The notes below the pieces were generated by a model. The model was given only the letters and a program-made list of their open reading frames with translations, made no database searches and was not told the DNA's origin. Positions 50,233 through 58,201 of a stretch of 64,000 nucleotides of DNA are shown one piece after another. Each line of letters starts with the position of its first letter. Within the stretch, counting starts at the first letter, position 1. This DNA comes from Candidatus Microgenomates bacterium (GTDB taxonomy: Bacteria > Patescibacteriota > Microgenomatia > UBA8517). Where the stretch lies: NCBI GenBank assembly GCA_049523135.1, contig JBEKNE010000001.1, positions 18,095 through 82,094 on the forward strand. The letters run 5' to 3'. The translations under genes and the position numbers were made by a program.

Positions 50233-50510
50233 TTTTCACCCCCTTTCCACCCAGCAGCTCGCATTGCGATAAACATAACAAGCATTCCAATAAGATAGCC
50301 CTTACAAGTTGCAACAAACTCATTAAATTGCGCCTGGCTACCGGTAAACCATGCAAGAGGCAACAAAATAGCCCACACCACAAGGATTAGCAGTACGAAG
50401 GGCCACAACGGATATTTCTTTTTCGGAAATCCCCTTCGCCACCAATTGATAAAACTTAAGAGTCCAAGGATAACAAATATTAGAGCGACTATTTGTGCTG
50501 GTGAAGCCAT
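50229..50510 (-). CDS. small membrane protein
   Basis: 3 TM ORF, 4-bp overlap with the next gene. Confidence 0.6.
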   Translation of the reverse strand: MASPAQIVALIFVILGLLSFINWWRRGFPKKKYPLWPFVLLILVVWAILLPLAWFTGSQAQFNEFVATCKGYLIGMLVMFIAMRAAGWKGGEK

Positions 50511-50836
50511 ACGTTAAATATATACCCGATAAATTATGGCATCAATGATAATTGAAATACATAATGCTAACTAGCTCCCCTGTGGGATGCGATCTGCACA
50601 TTTGGCCTCCATTCTAACAGATTCATCGCGTAATCTTTGGAGATCTGAAAATTGGTAAATGTTTGACAGAAATCCGTTAACAATCAATACTTAATTGTTA
50701 CCAATTTGTAACTTAAATTGTGACAAGTTTTATAAGGAAAACAACTAGGATAACAACGAAATTTCTAACACCACTACTCATCGTTTTGACGCAGTTCTTT
50801 TTTTTGTTGTTCCATTAGTGGTTTTTATTGATATTT

Positions 50837-52099
50837 ATGAAGATTTTAACCAAAATTGTAGTACCTATATTGGTATTAGTTATTGCCGTAATGATCTTTG
50901 TTTTTATCAATGTAGTCAAAATACAAGCAGTGACACCACCAGACCGCGGGCTTGGAGCAGCAGATAGCTATGGCGTTTTTGGCAAAAATGGTGTTACAAA
51001 CTCCGGAGCCTCGACTCACATCTGGGGGAATGTCGGTGCTGATTCCTCTGTAAGCGGACTAATCCCGTCGCAAGTTGATGGAACTATTAATACTGGAGCG
51101 GGAGTTGCGGGAGTTCAAACAGATGCTTCATCAACATATGATAGCCTAATGTCGGCTACCCAGGGGACATCGACAGGTTTGGACTTAGCCGGAACCAACA
51201 CTATTACGCCTGGCGTCTACGATGTCGGTGCAAGCACATTAAACGGTACACTAACTCTTAATGGCGCCGGGGTTTATATTTTCCGCAGCTCTTCAAGCAA
51301 TACCACGAGTGGAGGAACAATGAACTTGATTAATGGCGCTTGTGCCAGCGATGTTTTCTGGGCGGTCTCTGCTTCAATGACTATTGGTTCTGGTTCACAT
51401 GTTGAGGGTACGATTATTGCTCAAACTGGCCTTATCTCGCTCGGAACTAATGCGAGTTTGGTGGGTAGGGCTATTTCACTCATTTCTCAGGTAACATTAC
51501 TTAGTAATCAAATTACCCAACCTGTTTGTGGTACACCAACACCCACACCTACAGCCACTCCGACACCAACACCTACACCCACATCAACGCCGACTCCTAC
51601 TCCCGCGGCTACTCTAATATCAACCCCGACACCAACCACATTTGTTACCACGTCATCGGGTGGTGTTAGTTTTGCAAATTGTCCAGCTCTTAGTGATCAG
51701 ATAGTTCCACCCAATATTATTGATTCAAAAAGAGTTAGCCCAACGAGCATCTTTATTAGTTGGGCGCCATATTCTGGAACAAATACTTTTAATGTTGAAT
51801 ATGGTACTACAGATGGAAACTGGGCATATAATACTGATGTAACAGGCTTTTCGACAACCCTTGGTTCTCTCCCGGCTAATGTCCCAATTTGGGTTCATAT
51901 TGCGGCAAGAAGTGATTGTAGAATAGGGAATTATGGTCCGGCTAAGCTTACTGGAGGTCCAGGCTTGCCAGATACTGGTTTTGCGCCTGATAAAAATAAT
52001 ATTTTATTGTATTTGGCGGCAGTAATTTTTGTAGGAGTTATGGTTTTAACCGTTTTGATTGAGAAAAAATACAAAGCCGATAATGGTACTTTTAAGTAA
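50837..52099 (+). CDS. ice-binding (DUF3494) surface protein with PT linker, FN3-like domain and LPxTG anchor
   Basis: LGAADSYGV, TITPGVY, GTLTLNG..VYIF, ASDVFWAV, GTIIA, GRAIS; (PT)n; LPDTG + TM + basic tail. Confidence 0.88.
   Translation: MKILTKIVVPILVLVIAVMIFVFINVVKIQAVTPPDRGLGAADSYGVFGKNGVTNSGASTHIWGNVGADSSVSGLIPSQVDGTINTGAGVAGVQTDASSTYDSLMSATQGTSTGLDLAGTNTITPGVYDVGASTLNGTLTLNGAGVYIFRSSSSNTTSGGTMNLINGACASDVFWAVSASMTIGSGSHVEGTIIAQTGLISLGTNASLVGRAISLISQVTLLSNQITQPVCGTPTPTPTATPTPTPTPTSTPTPTPAATLISTPTPTTFVTTSSGGVSFANCPALSDQIVPPNIIDSKRVSPTSIFISWAPYSGTNTFNVEYGTTDGNWAYNTDVTGFSTTLGSLPANVPIWVHIAARSDCRIGNYGPAKLTGGPGLPDTGFAPDKNNILLYLAAVIFVGVMVLTVLIEKKYKADNGTFK
51532..51637 (+). repeat. degenerate hexamer repeat encoding Pro-Thr linker
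   Basis: ACACCAACACCCACACCT... encoding TPTPTPTATPTPTPTPTSTPTPTP. Confidence 0.85.
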
Positions 52100-52112
52100 C
52101 CGCTGTGTTTTG

Positions 52113-52232
52113 ATGGAAGGCATCCTGCACATGTATGTGCCCCAGCTCATCGACGCTCTGGTCGACGACAAGGAAGTCGCCGAAGAAGCCAAGAGCTTTC
52201 ACAAAGAAGCGATGGACGCTTCCCGCAAATGA
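52113..52232 (+). pseudogene. GC-rich gene fragment (39 codons)
   Basis: MEGILHMYVPQLIDALVDDKEVAEEAKSFHKEAMDASRK*, with C/G-ending codons unlike the surroundings. Confidence 0.45.
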
Positions 52233-52507
52233 ATTGCAAAGAACCTGAAGCAGATTTGACCCTCAAAAGTCATTTCGTAAGCCTTCAGGTTTTTTGTTGG
52301 GGAAAACCTAGGCGTAACCATCTATCACCGATGGTAAAATACGGATTTCAGGCATGCATTGATCGTAACTTTGTACGGATCAAAAACGACTGGCTCGAAT
52401 CATGGGACTCGTATCGAAAAGTAGATTGGATCAACGAGATCGAATACCCAGAGCTAACTTACCAGGAAACACAAAAGTTTTTATCAACAAAATTCCTGAG
52501 CAATTAA
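52229..52507 (+). pseudogene. C-terminal remnant of a large serine recombinase with att-like site (52391-52416)
   Basis: FQACIDRNFVRIKNDWLESWDS aligns without gaps to FAALRRQNYIIIKLALLRRQDS of the 58202-59731 recombinase. Confidence 0.72.
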
Positions 52508-52532
52508 GTTACACCACCACCTAGCTCACGAC

Positions 52533-53285
52533 TTATTTGACTTCCTCTTCTTCTATCAACAGAGTTGGGTCTTGATTCGTATAGCCCCCATCAACAGTTA
52601 ATACTTGACCATTTATGTAGTCTGAATCATTAGACAGTAAGAATTTAATTGTATTCGCAATATCTTCAGGATGAGCAATCCTTTCAAGTGGGTTAGTTTC
52701 TGCCAGCCTGTCATAGAAGCTCTGGCTATTACCCTCGATCATAGGAGTAGAAACCCAACCAGGAGCAATTGAGTTAACCCTTATTTTCTTATCTCTAAAA
52801 AGCAATGAAAGCGATTTCGTCAAGGAATTGACACCCGCCTTGCTTGCTGCGTAGCTAGCCGTCACAGAGCCACCATAGTAAGAATCTGTGGAGCTGATCA
52901 TTACAAAGCGACCGTTGTGAGCCAAATTGTCGGATAAGAGTTTGGCTAAATAGAAGTTGCTGGACAAATTGACGGCAATGGTTTCATTCCAGATTTGAAA
53001 GTCCTCTTCGTTGTTCTTTCCTTCAAACCTAACTATGCCCGCACAGTTCACCAAAGCATAAATCTCTTCGCCTTTCAGCGACTGAGTAAACTCTTTAATT
53101 GAAGCAAGATCGGAAATATCAAGGCTAACCTCCTTAAAGTTAGTATTCTTTTGAAGTTCAGTAGCTTTGGTAGAGTTATTATGGCTAGTCCCAATAACAA
53201 AGTATCCCTCACTTAACAAGGTCTCTGCAACTTTGATACCTATTCCACCTGAACAGCCGATGACAATTACTTTTCTTTGTGACAT
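52533..53285 (-). CDS. SDR family oxidoreductase
   Basis: GCSGGIG, VNCAG, YAASK, VNSIAPG, VDGG. Confidence 0.92.
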   Translation of the reverse strand: MSQRKVIVIGCSGGIGIKVAETLLSEGYFVIGTSHNNSTKATELQKNTNFKEVSLDISDLASIKEFTQSLKGEEIYALVNCAGIVRFEGKNNEEDFQIWNETIAVNLSSNFYLAKLLSDNLAHNGRFVMISSTDSYYGGSVTASYAASKAGVNSLTKSLSLLFRDKKIRVNSIAPGWVSTPMIEGNSQSFYDRLAETNPLERIAHPEDIANTIKFLLSNDSDYINGQVLTVDGGYTNQDPTLLIEEEEVK

Positions 53286-53295
53286 AGTAATAAAC

Positions 53296-53805
53296 CTATT
53301 TTACAACACTATAATGCAACTGAGTTAGACCCTCGCCTAACTCCTTCTGGTCAATAAATCTAAGTTTTAGATCAGTTTCAACACCCCCGAACAATTTAAT
53401 GCCATTTCCAAGAATCAGAGGGTGAACACTTAAAAATACCTCGTCAATCAGATTTTCTTTTATAAATAAACCATTTGTAGTTCCTCCCCCTATCAAAAGA
53501 GCTTCATTGTGACCTCTACCCTGAGCCAGTTTAACTGCTTCGCTTGGTGATTGAACATAAATAACATTATCATTTTGCGATTTAAGCGAAAGGTCAGATG
53601 TCAAAACGATGTTAGTTACACCTTTAACTGGATAGAGGTCTCCTTGATACTGATCAAAAGTCCTACGACCAACAAAGATACAGCCCTTTTCTTTTATCTT
53701 GTGCTCGAAGTTGACGGAATCTACAGGAGAAACCCAGTCAGAATCACCATCTTTCTTGGCGATAAAACCGTCAATAGAAACAGCCATGTAAAGTGTTATC
53801 TTCAT
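53296..53805 (-). CDS. dihydrofolate reductase/RibD C-terminal family protein
   Basis: MAVSIDGFIA, GRRTF, IGGG, LIDE..LSVHP.ILGNG. Confidence 0.9.
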   Translation of the reverse strand: MKITLYMAVSIDGFIAKKDGDSDWVSPVDSVNFEHKIKEKGCIFVGRRTFDQYQGDLYPVKGVTNIVLTSDLSLKSQNDNVIYVQSPSEAVKLAQGRGHNEALLIGGGTTNGLFIKENLIDEVFLSVHPLILGNGIKLFGGVETDLKLRFIDQKELGEGLTQLHYSVVK

Positions 53806-54131
53806 AACTCCTCTTCTGATAATAAAGGATAAATATCAAAAGCTACTTCCTCATAAGGATGAACCTTTTTAATAGCAGCTATCACCATTTTAGCTTTATT
53901 TCTGTCACAAACGCATTCAACTCTTTCTTCAATCACTTCTTCAAACTTGCCAACCTCACCAATGAAAGGTTTAGCGCCTTCTGTTGGCTTGTATCTTCCA
54001 AATCCATCTATCGAGAAACTGCAATGGCTATAATTCCCAATTTTCCCAGCCCCCGCATCACCCATCGCTTGTCTTACGACATCAGTGTGAGTTTTAGGAA
54101 CAAAGACGACAATTTTTACAAGTTTACCCAT
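53802..54131 (-). CDS. YqfO/Nif3-insert-like PII-fold protein
   Basis: KIVVFVP...AGAGKIGNYSHCSF...HPYEEVAFDIYPL; start MGKLVK. Confidence 0.88.
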   Translation of the reverse strand: MGKLVKIVVFVPKTHTDVVRQAMGDAGAGKIGNYSHCSFSIDGFGRYKPTEGAKPFIGEVGKFEEVIEERVECVCDRNKAKMVIAAIKKVHPYEEVAFDIYPLLSEEEL

Positions 54132-54132
54132 A

Positions 54133-54876
54133 TTAAGTGTGATAACCCTCGTAGGGTTCTTTCCCTTTCTTGATAACAAAAACTTTACCAGTAATTCCAC
54201 TTGCTTCCTCTGAACACAAAAATACTGCATATTTACCAATCTCACTTGGATCGATGGCTTCTCCAAGATACTGGGGAAAATACTTTTTATAAGCCTCTGT
54301 AGCGGTATCAGAAGGAGAGATGGCGTTGACTTGGATGTCTTTATCTTTAAGTTCTTCGGCAAGCCCTATGGTTAAATCTTCAATGCCCTTCTTAGAAACA
54401 AAATACGGTAACCAGCCTTTTGCTCCATTTTCAAATGTCCCAGAGATGTTGATAATCTTTCCTCCTTTTGGCATTAGGGGAATAAAAGCGTGCGCAAGAA
54501 GCGTTGGCGCAGTTAAACCAACTGCGTAAGTATCAAGAATAACTTGTTTAGAAAAGGACTCAAAATCTTTACCTGCATAGACCTCATCCTTGCCATGCCA
54601 AATACCAGCTACATTCACCAGAATATCAACCTTATCCGTCCTCTGTTTTATCAGGGCAACAAGAGCTTCCAACGAATCAGGCTTAGTAAAATCCCCTAAA
54701 AACACTCCTGCTTGACCACCATTCTCAGCAATCAAACTCTTCGTTTTCAACAGCTTATCTTGAGTTCGACCAGCCAAAGCAATGAAGGCGCCTTCTTTGG
54801 CTAACTCAAGGGCAATTGCCTGACCAATACCAGTAGAAGAACCTGTAACAATAGCAAACTTGTTTTTCATTTTCAT
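54133..54876 (-). CDS. SDR family oxidoreductase
   Basis: TGSSTGIG, LVNVAG, YFVSK, VNAISP. Confidence 0.92.
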   Translation of the reverse strand: MKMKNKFAIVTGSSTGIGQAIALELAKEGAFIALAGRTQDKLLKTKSLIAENGGQAGVFLGDFTKPDSLEALVALIKQRTDKVDILVNVAGIWHGKDEVYAGKDFESFSKQVILDTYAVGLTAPTLLAHAFIPLMPKGGKIINISGTFENGAKGWLPYFVSKKGIEDLTIGLAEELKDKDIQVNAISPSDTATEAYKKYFPQYLGEAIDPSEIGKYAVFLCSEEASGITGKVFVIKKGKEPYEGYHT

Positions 54877-54948
54877 AATTTAATACACCAATTTTACCAA
54901 GTTAAGTATAACTCTTTTAGCAGAAAAATTGTATAATTAAGTTGAGTT

Positions 54949-55143
54949 ATGCCGAAGAAAAACACGACCCTACCAAAGTTGTTAACTATCCGCCAGGCAG
55001 CGGAGATTTTGAATGTCCATGTGGAGACACTGAGACGGTGGGATAAGGCTGGAAAGTTAAAAGCTATAAGAGTGAATGAGCGTGGTGACAGGCGTTACGA
55101 TCCAAAAGACATTGAGGCAATTCTGAAAAATAAGGAGTTGTAA
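54949..55143 (+). CDS. MerR-like HTH, excisionase/RDF candidate
   Basis: LLTIRQAAEILNVHVETLRRWD..GKL...GDRRY. Confidence 0.85.
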   Translation: MPKKNTTLPKLLTIRQAAEILNVHVETLRRWDKAGKLKAIRVNERGDRRYDPKDIEAILKNKEL

Positions 55144-55144
55144 T

Positions 55145-55471
55145 ATGGAAGATTTACAGCAAAAAATTGATGTTATCCTAAATGAAGAAAAAAGAGCATA
55201 TTCAGCCAATGGTCGCAGAGGTGGTCATTTAGGCAGTTTCAACATCGACATTGGAGATGGCTGGACTGATGCTTATCCGAAAGCTGGAGCGTATCCACAA
55301 CTTTTAGCAATCCCCGCAAACTTAGATGCCATACAGTCACCACAGGCAACCGTATTACTAAAACTTTATTCTTCAATCAACTCAGAAGACAAAATACAAT
55401 TTAAAAATACCCTGCTTTCTTACCTCTCCAAAAACACCTCCTTTTTTGAAATCTTTTCATATTCAACTTGA
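55145..55471 (+). CDS. hypothetical protein, probably truncated
   Basis: Collides tail-to-tail with 55420-55662. Confidence 0.45.
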   Translation: MEDLQQKIDVILNEEKRAYSANGRRGGHLGSFNIDIGDGWTDAYPKAGAYPQLLAIPANLDAIQSPQATVLLKLYSSINSEDKIQFKNTLLSYLSKNTSFFEIFSYST

Positions 55472-55662
55472 CGACTTTCGTCAATTTCTAAAGGAGATAA
55501 CAAATAATTCTGTAACATATATTCAGCAAGTTCTTTCGTGGATGTCCCTAAAATCTGGGAGGAGGATAGAGAGTTTATATCGTTTTGAACTGCTTTTTCA
55601 GCAGCTAGATAGTAATCACTGAATGTGGGGGTGCCAAAAGTTTGAATCGATTGAATTTTCAT
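55420..55662 (-). CDS. hypothetical protein, probably truncated
   Basis: Overlaps the convergent ORF by 52 bp. Confidence 0.45.
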   Translation of the reverse strand: MKIQSIQTFGTPTFSDYYLAAEKAVQNDINSLSSSQILGTSTKELAEYMLQNYLLSPLEIDESRQVEYEKISKKEVFLER

Positions 55663-55783
55663 TTTAATTACTTATTTCCTTACCTGGATTATATTCCTTC
55701 TGACAAATGTTTATAAATGCTTGGAAGTTGCTATATAATACGCTTAGTTAGAGACCTAAAACTTTATAGTCATGGTCAAAAAG

Positions 55784-55882
55784 CCTCAGTGGGTAAAAGC
55801 TCGTCATCAGAGCTTCTCACTGAGGTCGTGTCTCGAAAGGGACATGGGTAGTCGAAAGACTGCCACTGGTGGCGAGCTTTTT
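55784..55882 (+). ncRNA. unclassified structured RNA (multi-branch, two GAAA tetraloops, alternative pairing)
   Basis: 16-bp stem 55795-810/55866-881, hairpins 55827-846 and 55847-864, alternative stem 55784-793/55816-825; G-U pairs favour the + strand; TATAAT at 55734-39. Confidence 0.7.
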
Positions 55883-55912
55883 CGTGGTAATAAGCTCCCA
55901 AAAAATAAAATC

Positions 55913-56551
55913 ATGCTTACAAAAGAACAGAAATTAAAAATAAAAGAAGAGGAGAAATTCAGGGCTCAGGTTAGAAATGAGCAAGAGCAGAAAGAAAAAC
56001 CCAATAGAGGAAAAGGTTGTCTGGTTGTAATTGCTATATTTATTGGTTTGGCTATCGTGATGGGAATTACCCAAGGATTATATCGAGCTTCACTCCCCAA
56101 GCCTACTCCTTCGCCAACTCCATCTGCAAAATTTATGTCAGACCTCTCAGATTTATTCTGTCTAAGCAGGCAGGGAATATATGCCTATGAAAGTTTTATT
56201 TGCATGGGTTGTGCAAACCTTGACGATATTCACAGTTTTCTTAATAGCTCTGAGCCTGTAACAATCAACAAAGCTGAAAAAGCTCCCACAAAGGAATCCT
56301 GCAACAATGTCGCCAGTGATTGCGTACAAAGATGGGATGAAAAGACCTGTATAAATATCGCAGCTCAAAAATACTGGCTGGGAATGACAAAAGACCAGTT
56401 AATTACCTCACTTGGCCTCCCCAATCAACAGAATGATACTGTTGGAAGCTGGGGATTTCATACTCAATGGGTCTATGGGACTTATGGCCCATATATTTAT
56501 TTGGAAGGAACAGACAAAGACCATTTAAAGGTAACAAGTTATCAGGATTAA
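55913..56551 (+). CDS. single-TM protein with Cys-rich extracellular domain
   Basis: Likely start MLTKEQK; GCLVVIAIF TM; C-terminal LGMTKDQL..SLGLP...QWVY pattern. Confidence 0.72.
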   Translation: MLTKEQKLKIKEEEKFRAQVRNEQEQKEKPNRGKGCLVVIAIFIGLAIVMGITQGLYRASLPKPTPSPTPSAKFMSDLSDLFCLSRQGIYAYESFICMGCANLDDIHSFLNSSEPVTINKAEKAPTKESCNNVASDCVQRWDEKTCINIAAQKYWLGMTKDQLITSLGLPNQQNDTVGSWGFHTQWVYGTYGPYIYLEGTDKDHLKVTSYQD

Positions 56552-56984
56552 AGTTCTGATTTTGGTAAGACATTTTTTGTAATAACTAATTTAAAAGAGT
56601 TTTGAATTAGAAATGGTATACATACCTGTTTTGTTCATGAACGGCTTTAAAATGACGTTTGAGGCACTTACACTCAATTTTAAGAGGGCTATTAGACAAG
56701 TTTTTATTCACAAAATCGAGGCCAGATTCTATAGTTTGATATAGTATAATAATTTTATTATATTTAGGCATAACCAATCGCTGTTGAACAGTGGTTTATA
56801 GGGGGTTAAAGAGGGGCAAATCACTAATTAATAGAGGTCAAGTAATCATAAATAAATTCCTTAATGCCTAAAGGGCTAGTGAAAGGCGTCTTCGTCTTCA
56901 TTTTTTTATTTAACTTAATTTGATAGCCCCACCCCCACCACCTTTCTAATAGCCACCCCTAGTTTTGGCATATTACTCCTCTCG

Positions 56985-57004
56985 AAAAATATGTACATAT
57001 TTTT
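56985..57004. repeat. perfect 20-bp palindrome
   Basis: AAAAATATGTACATATTTTT. Confidence 0.9.
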
Positions 57005-57115
57005 TGACTTTAAGTGTAATTTAGACTATTAATTTCCCAAAAATTGTGTTATAATGTAGGCATTAGACAGGCATCTGGATTTTCCAGATAATACCAACCA
57101 CTAATCATGAGTTGA

Positions 57116-57144
57116 GCCTCAGCAAGTTATTGCTGGGGTTTTTT
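57116..57144 (+). terminator. intrinsic terminator-like hairpin in operon leader
   Basis: GCCTCAGCAA-GTTA-TTGCTGGGGT followed by TTTTT, downstream of TGTGTTATAAT. Confidence 0.7.
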
Positions 57145-57176
57145 AATGGCAAAAGACTTCAGCCAAGCGTCAACTC

Positions 57177-57311
57177 ATGAAAAAGGAAATTAAAAACAAA
57201 GAGGAGGCTTCAATCGACATGGCAGTCCAAGCGTGGTTTGACATTGTTTTTATGACCATTCAAGCACAGAAGGAAATGAAAATTAAAAAAGATGAAAAAC
57301 TACACCACTAA
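57177..57311 (+). CDS. small hypothetical protein (44 aa)
   Basis: Below ORF-track cutoff; MKKEIKNKEEASIDMAVQAWFDIVFMTIQAQKEMKIKKDEKLHH*, overlaps the next gene start. Confidence 0.5.
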   Translation: MKKEIKNKEEASIDMAVQAWFDIVFMTIQAQKEMKIKKDEKLHH

Positions 57312-57543
57312 AGATTTATATTTGGCCTCCTTGTTATTTGCTCAAGGCAGGAGCTTGAAAGGACTTCAAAAGGTAGGAAGAGATTATTGGTTCCAGTTTG
57401 ATGAATGCGATTCTTGCAATCAAACAATTTCAGATTATTGGAAAGGAATAGTAAGTGTTGATGCCAGAAAGTTTGTGGATTCGATAAAAAACCTAAAAAG
57501 CATGATTTTTTCTGAGATGGAGAAAGAAAAGCTAACTAGTTAA
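57292..57543 (+). CDS. DUF5659-like protein
   Basis: YTTKDLYLASLL..G...F.F...YW...VDARKFVDSIKNLKS pattern. Confidence 0.65.
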   Translation: MKNYTTKDLYLASLLFAQGRSLKGLQKVGRDYWFQFDECDSCNQTISDYWKGIVSVDARKFVDSIKNLKSMIFSEMEKEKLTS

Positions 57544-57563
57544 GAAAAATAAAAGAAATTAAT

Positions 57564-58154
57564 ATGAAAATTGAAAAGGTACTCAGAAAATTAAATAGTA
57601 GTTTTCAAAAGACTGAACGCAACAGACACATATTTGCACGTATTTTAAAGTTTTCTGATTCAGAATATCGACTTTACGACCTATATCTAGCCCTCTATGA
57701 CTGGGACAAAAAACATATTGGAACTTATGGCACTGTGGAAATAACAGACGAGGAAGTTGGATTTATTCTCTTTTGGTCACCTGCAAAAGTTTGCAGAATC
57801 AGGAACAAACTTTTAAATAAAAACCTAATTATACTTATCGGCAAAAGTACCTACAAAATATCCATCCTCCCAGAACCACCTATCAACGACAACCCAACAA
57901 TGTTGAAAGTTGAAGTTGCACCAATGAAAGAACCAGTTTCATACAAGCAAGAAAAACTTGCACCATTGCAAGAAAAAGAAGCCTACAAAGCCCCACCTTC
58001 TTTAGTTTCTTATAAGGATAATTACGTTTCTTTGAGGAGTGATAAGCAGTATGAGGATATGTGGTTAAGTATGGGTAAACCTAACAACTTTACTCCTGAC
58101 GATATGAAGTTTATCGACAACTCAGTTTATGAATCAATGGGGATAAAACCTTAA
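57564..58154 (+). CDS. wHTH protein, replication-initiator-like (inferred)
   Basis: N-terminal wHTH-like segment (EEVG..L.WSPAKVCRIRNKLLNKNLI), low-complexity linker, short C-domain. Confidence 0.5.
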   Translation: MKIEKVLRKLNSSFQKTERNRHIFARILKFSDSEYRLYDLYLALYDWDKKHIGTYGTVEITDEEVGFILFWSPAKVCRIRNKLLNKNLIILIGKSTYKISILPEPPINDNPTMLKVEVAPMKEPVSYKQEKLAPLQEKEAYKAPPSLVSYKDNYVSLRSDKQYEDMWLSMGKPNNFTPDDMKFIDNSVYESMGIKP

Positions 58155-58201
58155 AAGTTTGAGAAAGAACATATAATTAATACTATAGGAAATATATTAA
58201 T

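Noticed and set aside
51532-51637. Repeat run as a possible CRISPR array or VNTR
   Set aside because: In-frame Pro-Thr linker with synonymous variation; I saw no repeat-spacer array or cas gene in the window.
53802-54362. 186-aa version of the YqfO-like ORF and other long antisense ORFs (e.g. 22340-22921, 32635-33270, 62151-62708)
   Set aside because: They overlap well-supported genes and show no recognisable motifs.
55795-55815. CTGATGA on the minus strand suggesting a hammerhead ribozyme
   Set aside because: No GAAA correctly placed after a stem II partner; G-U pairs and tetraloops favour a + strand fold.
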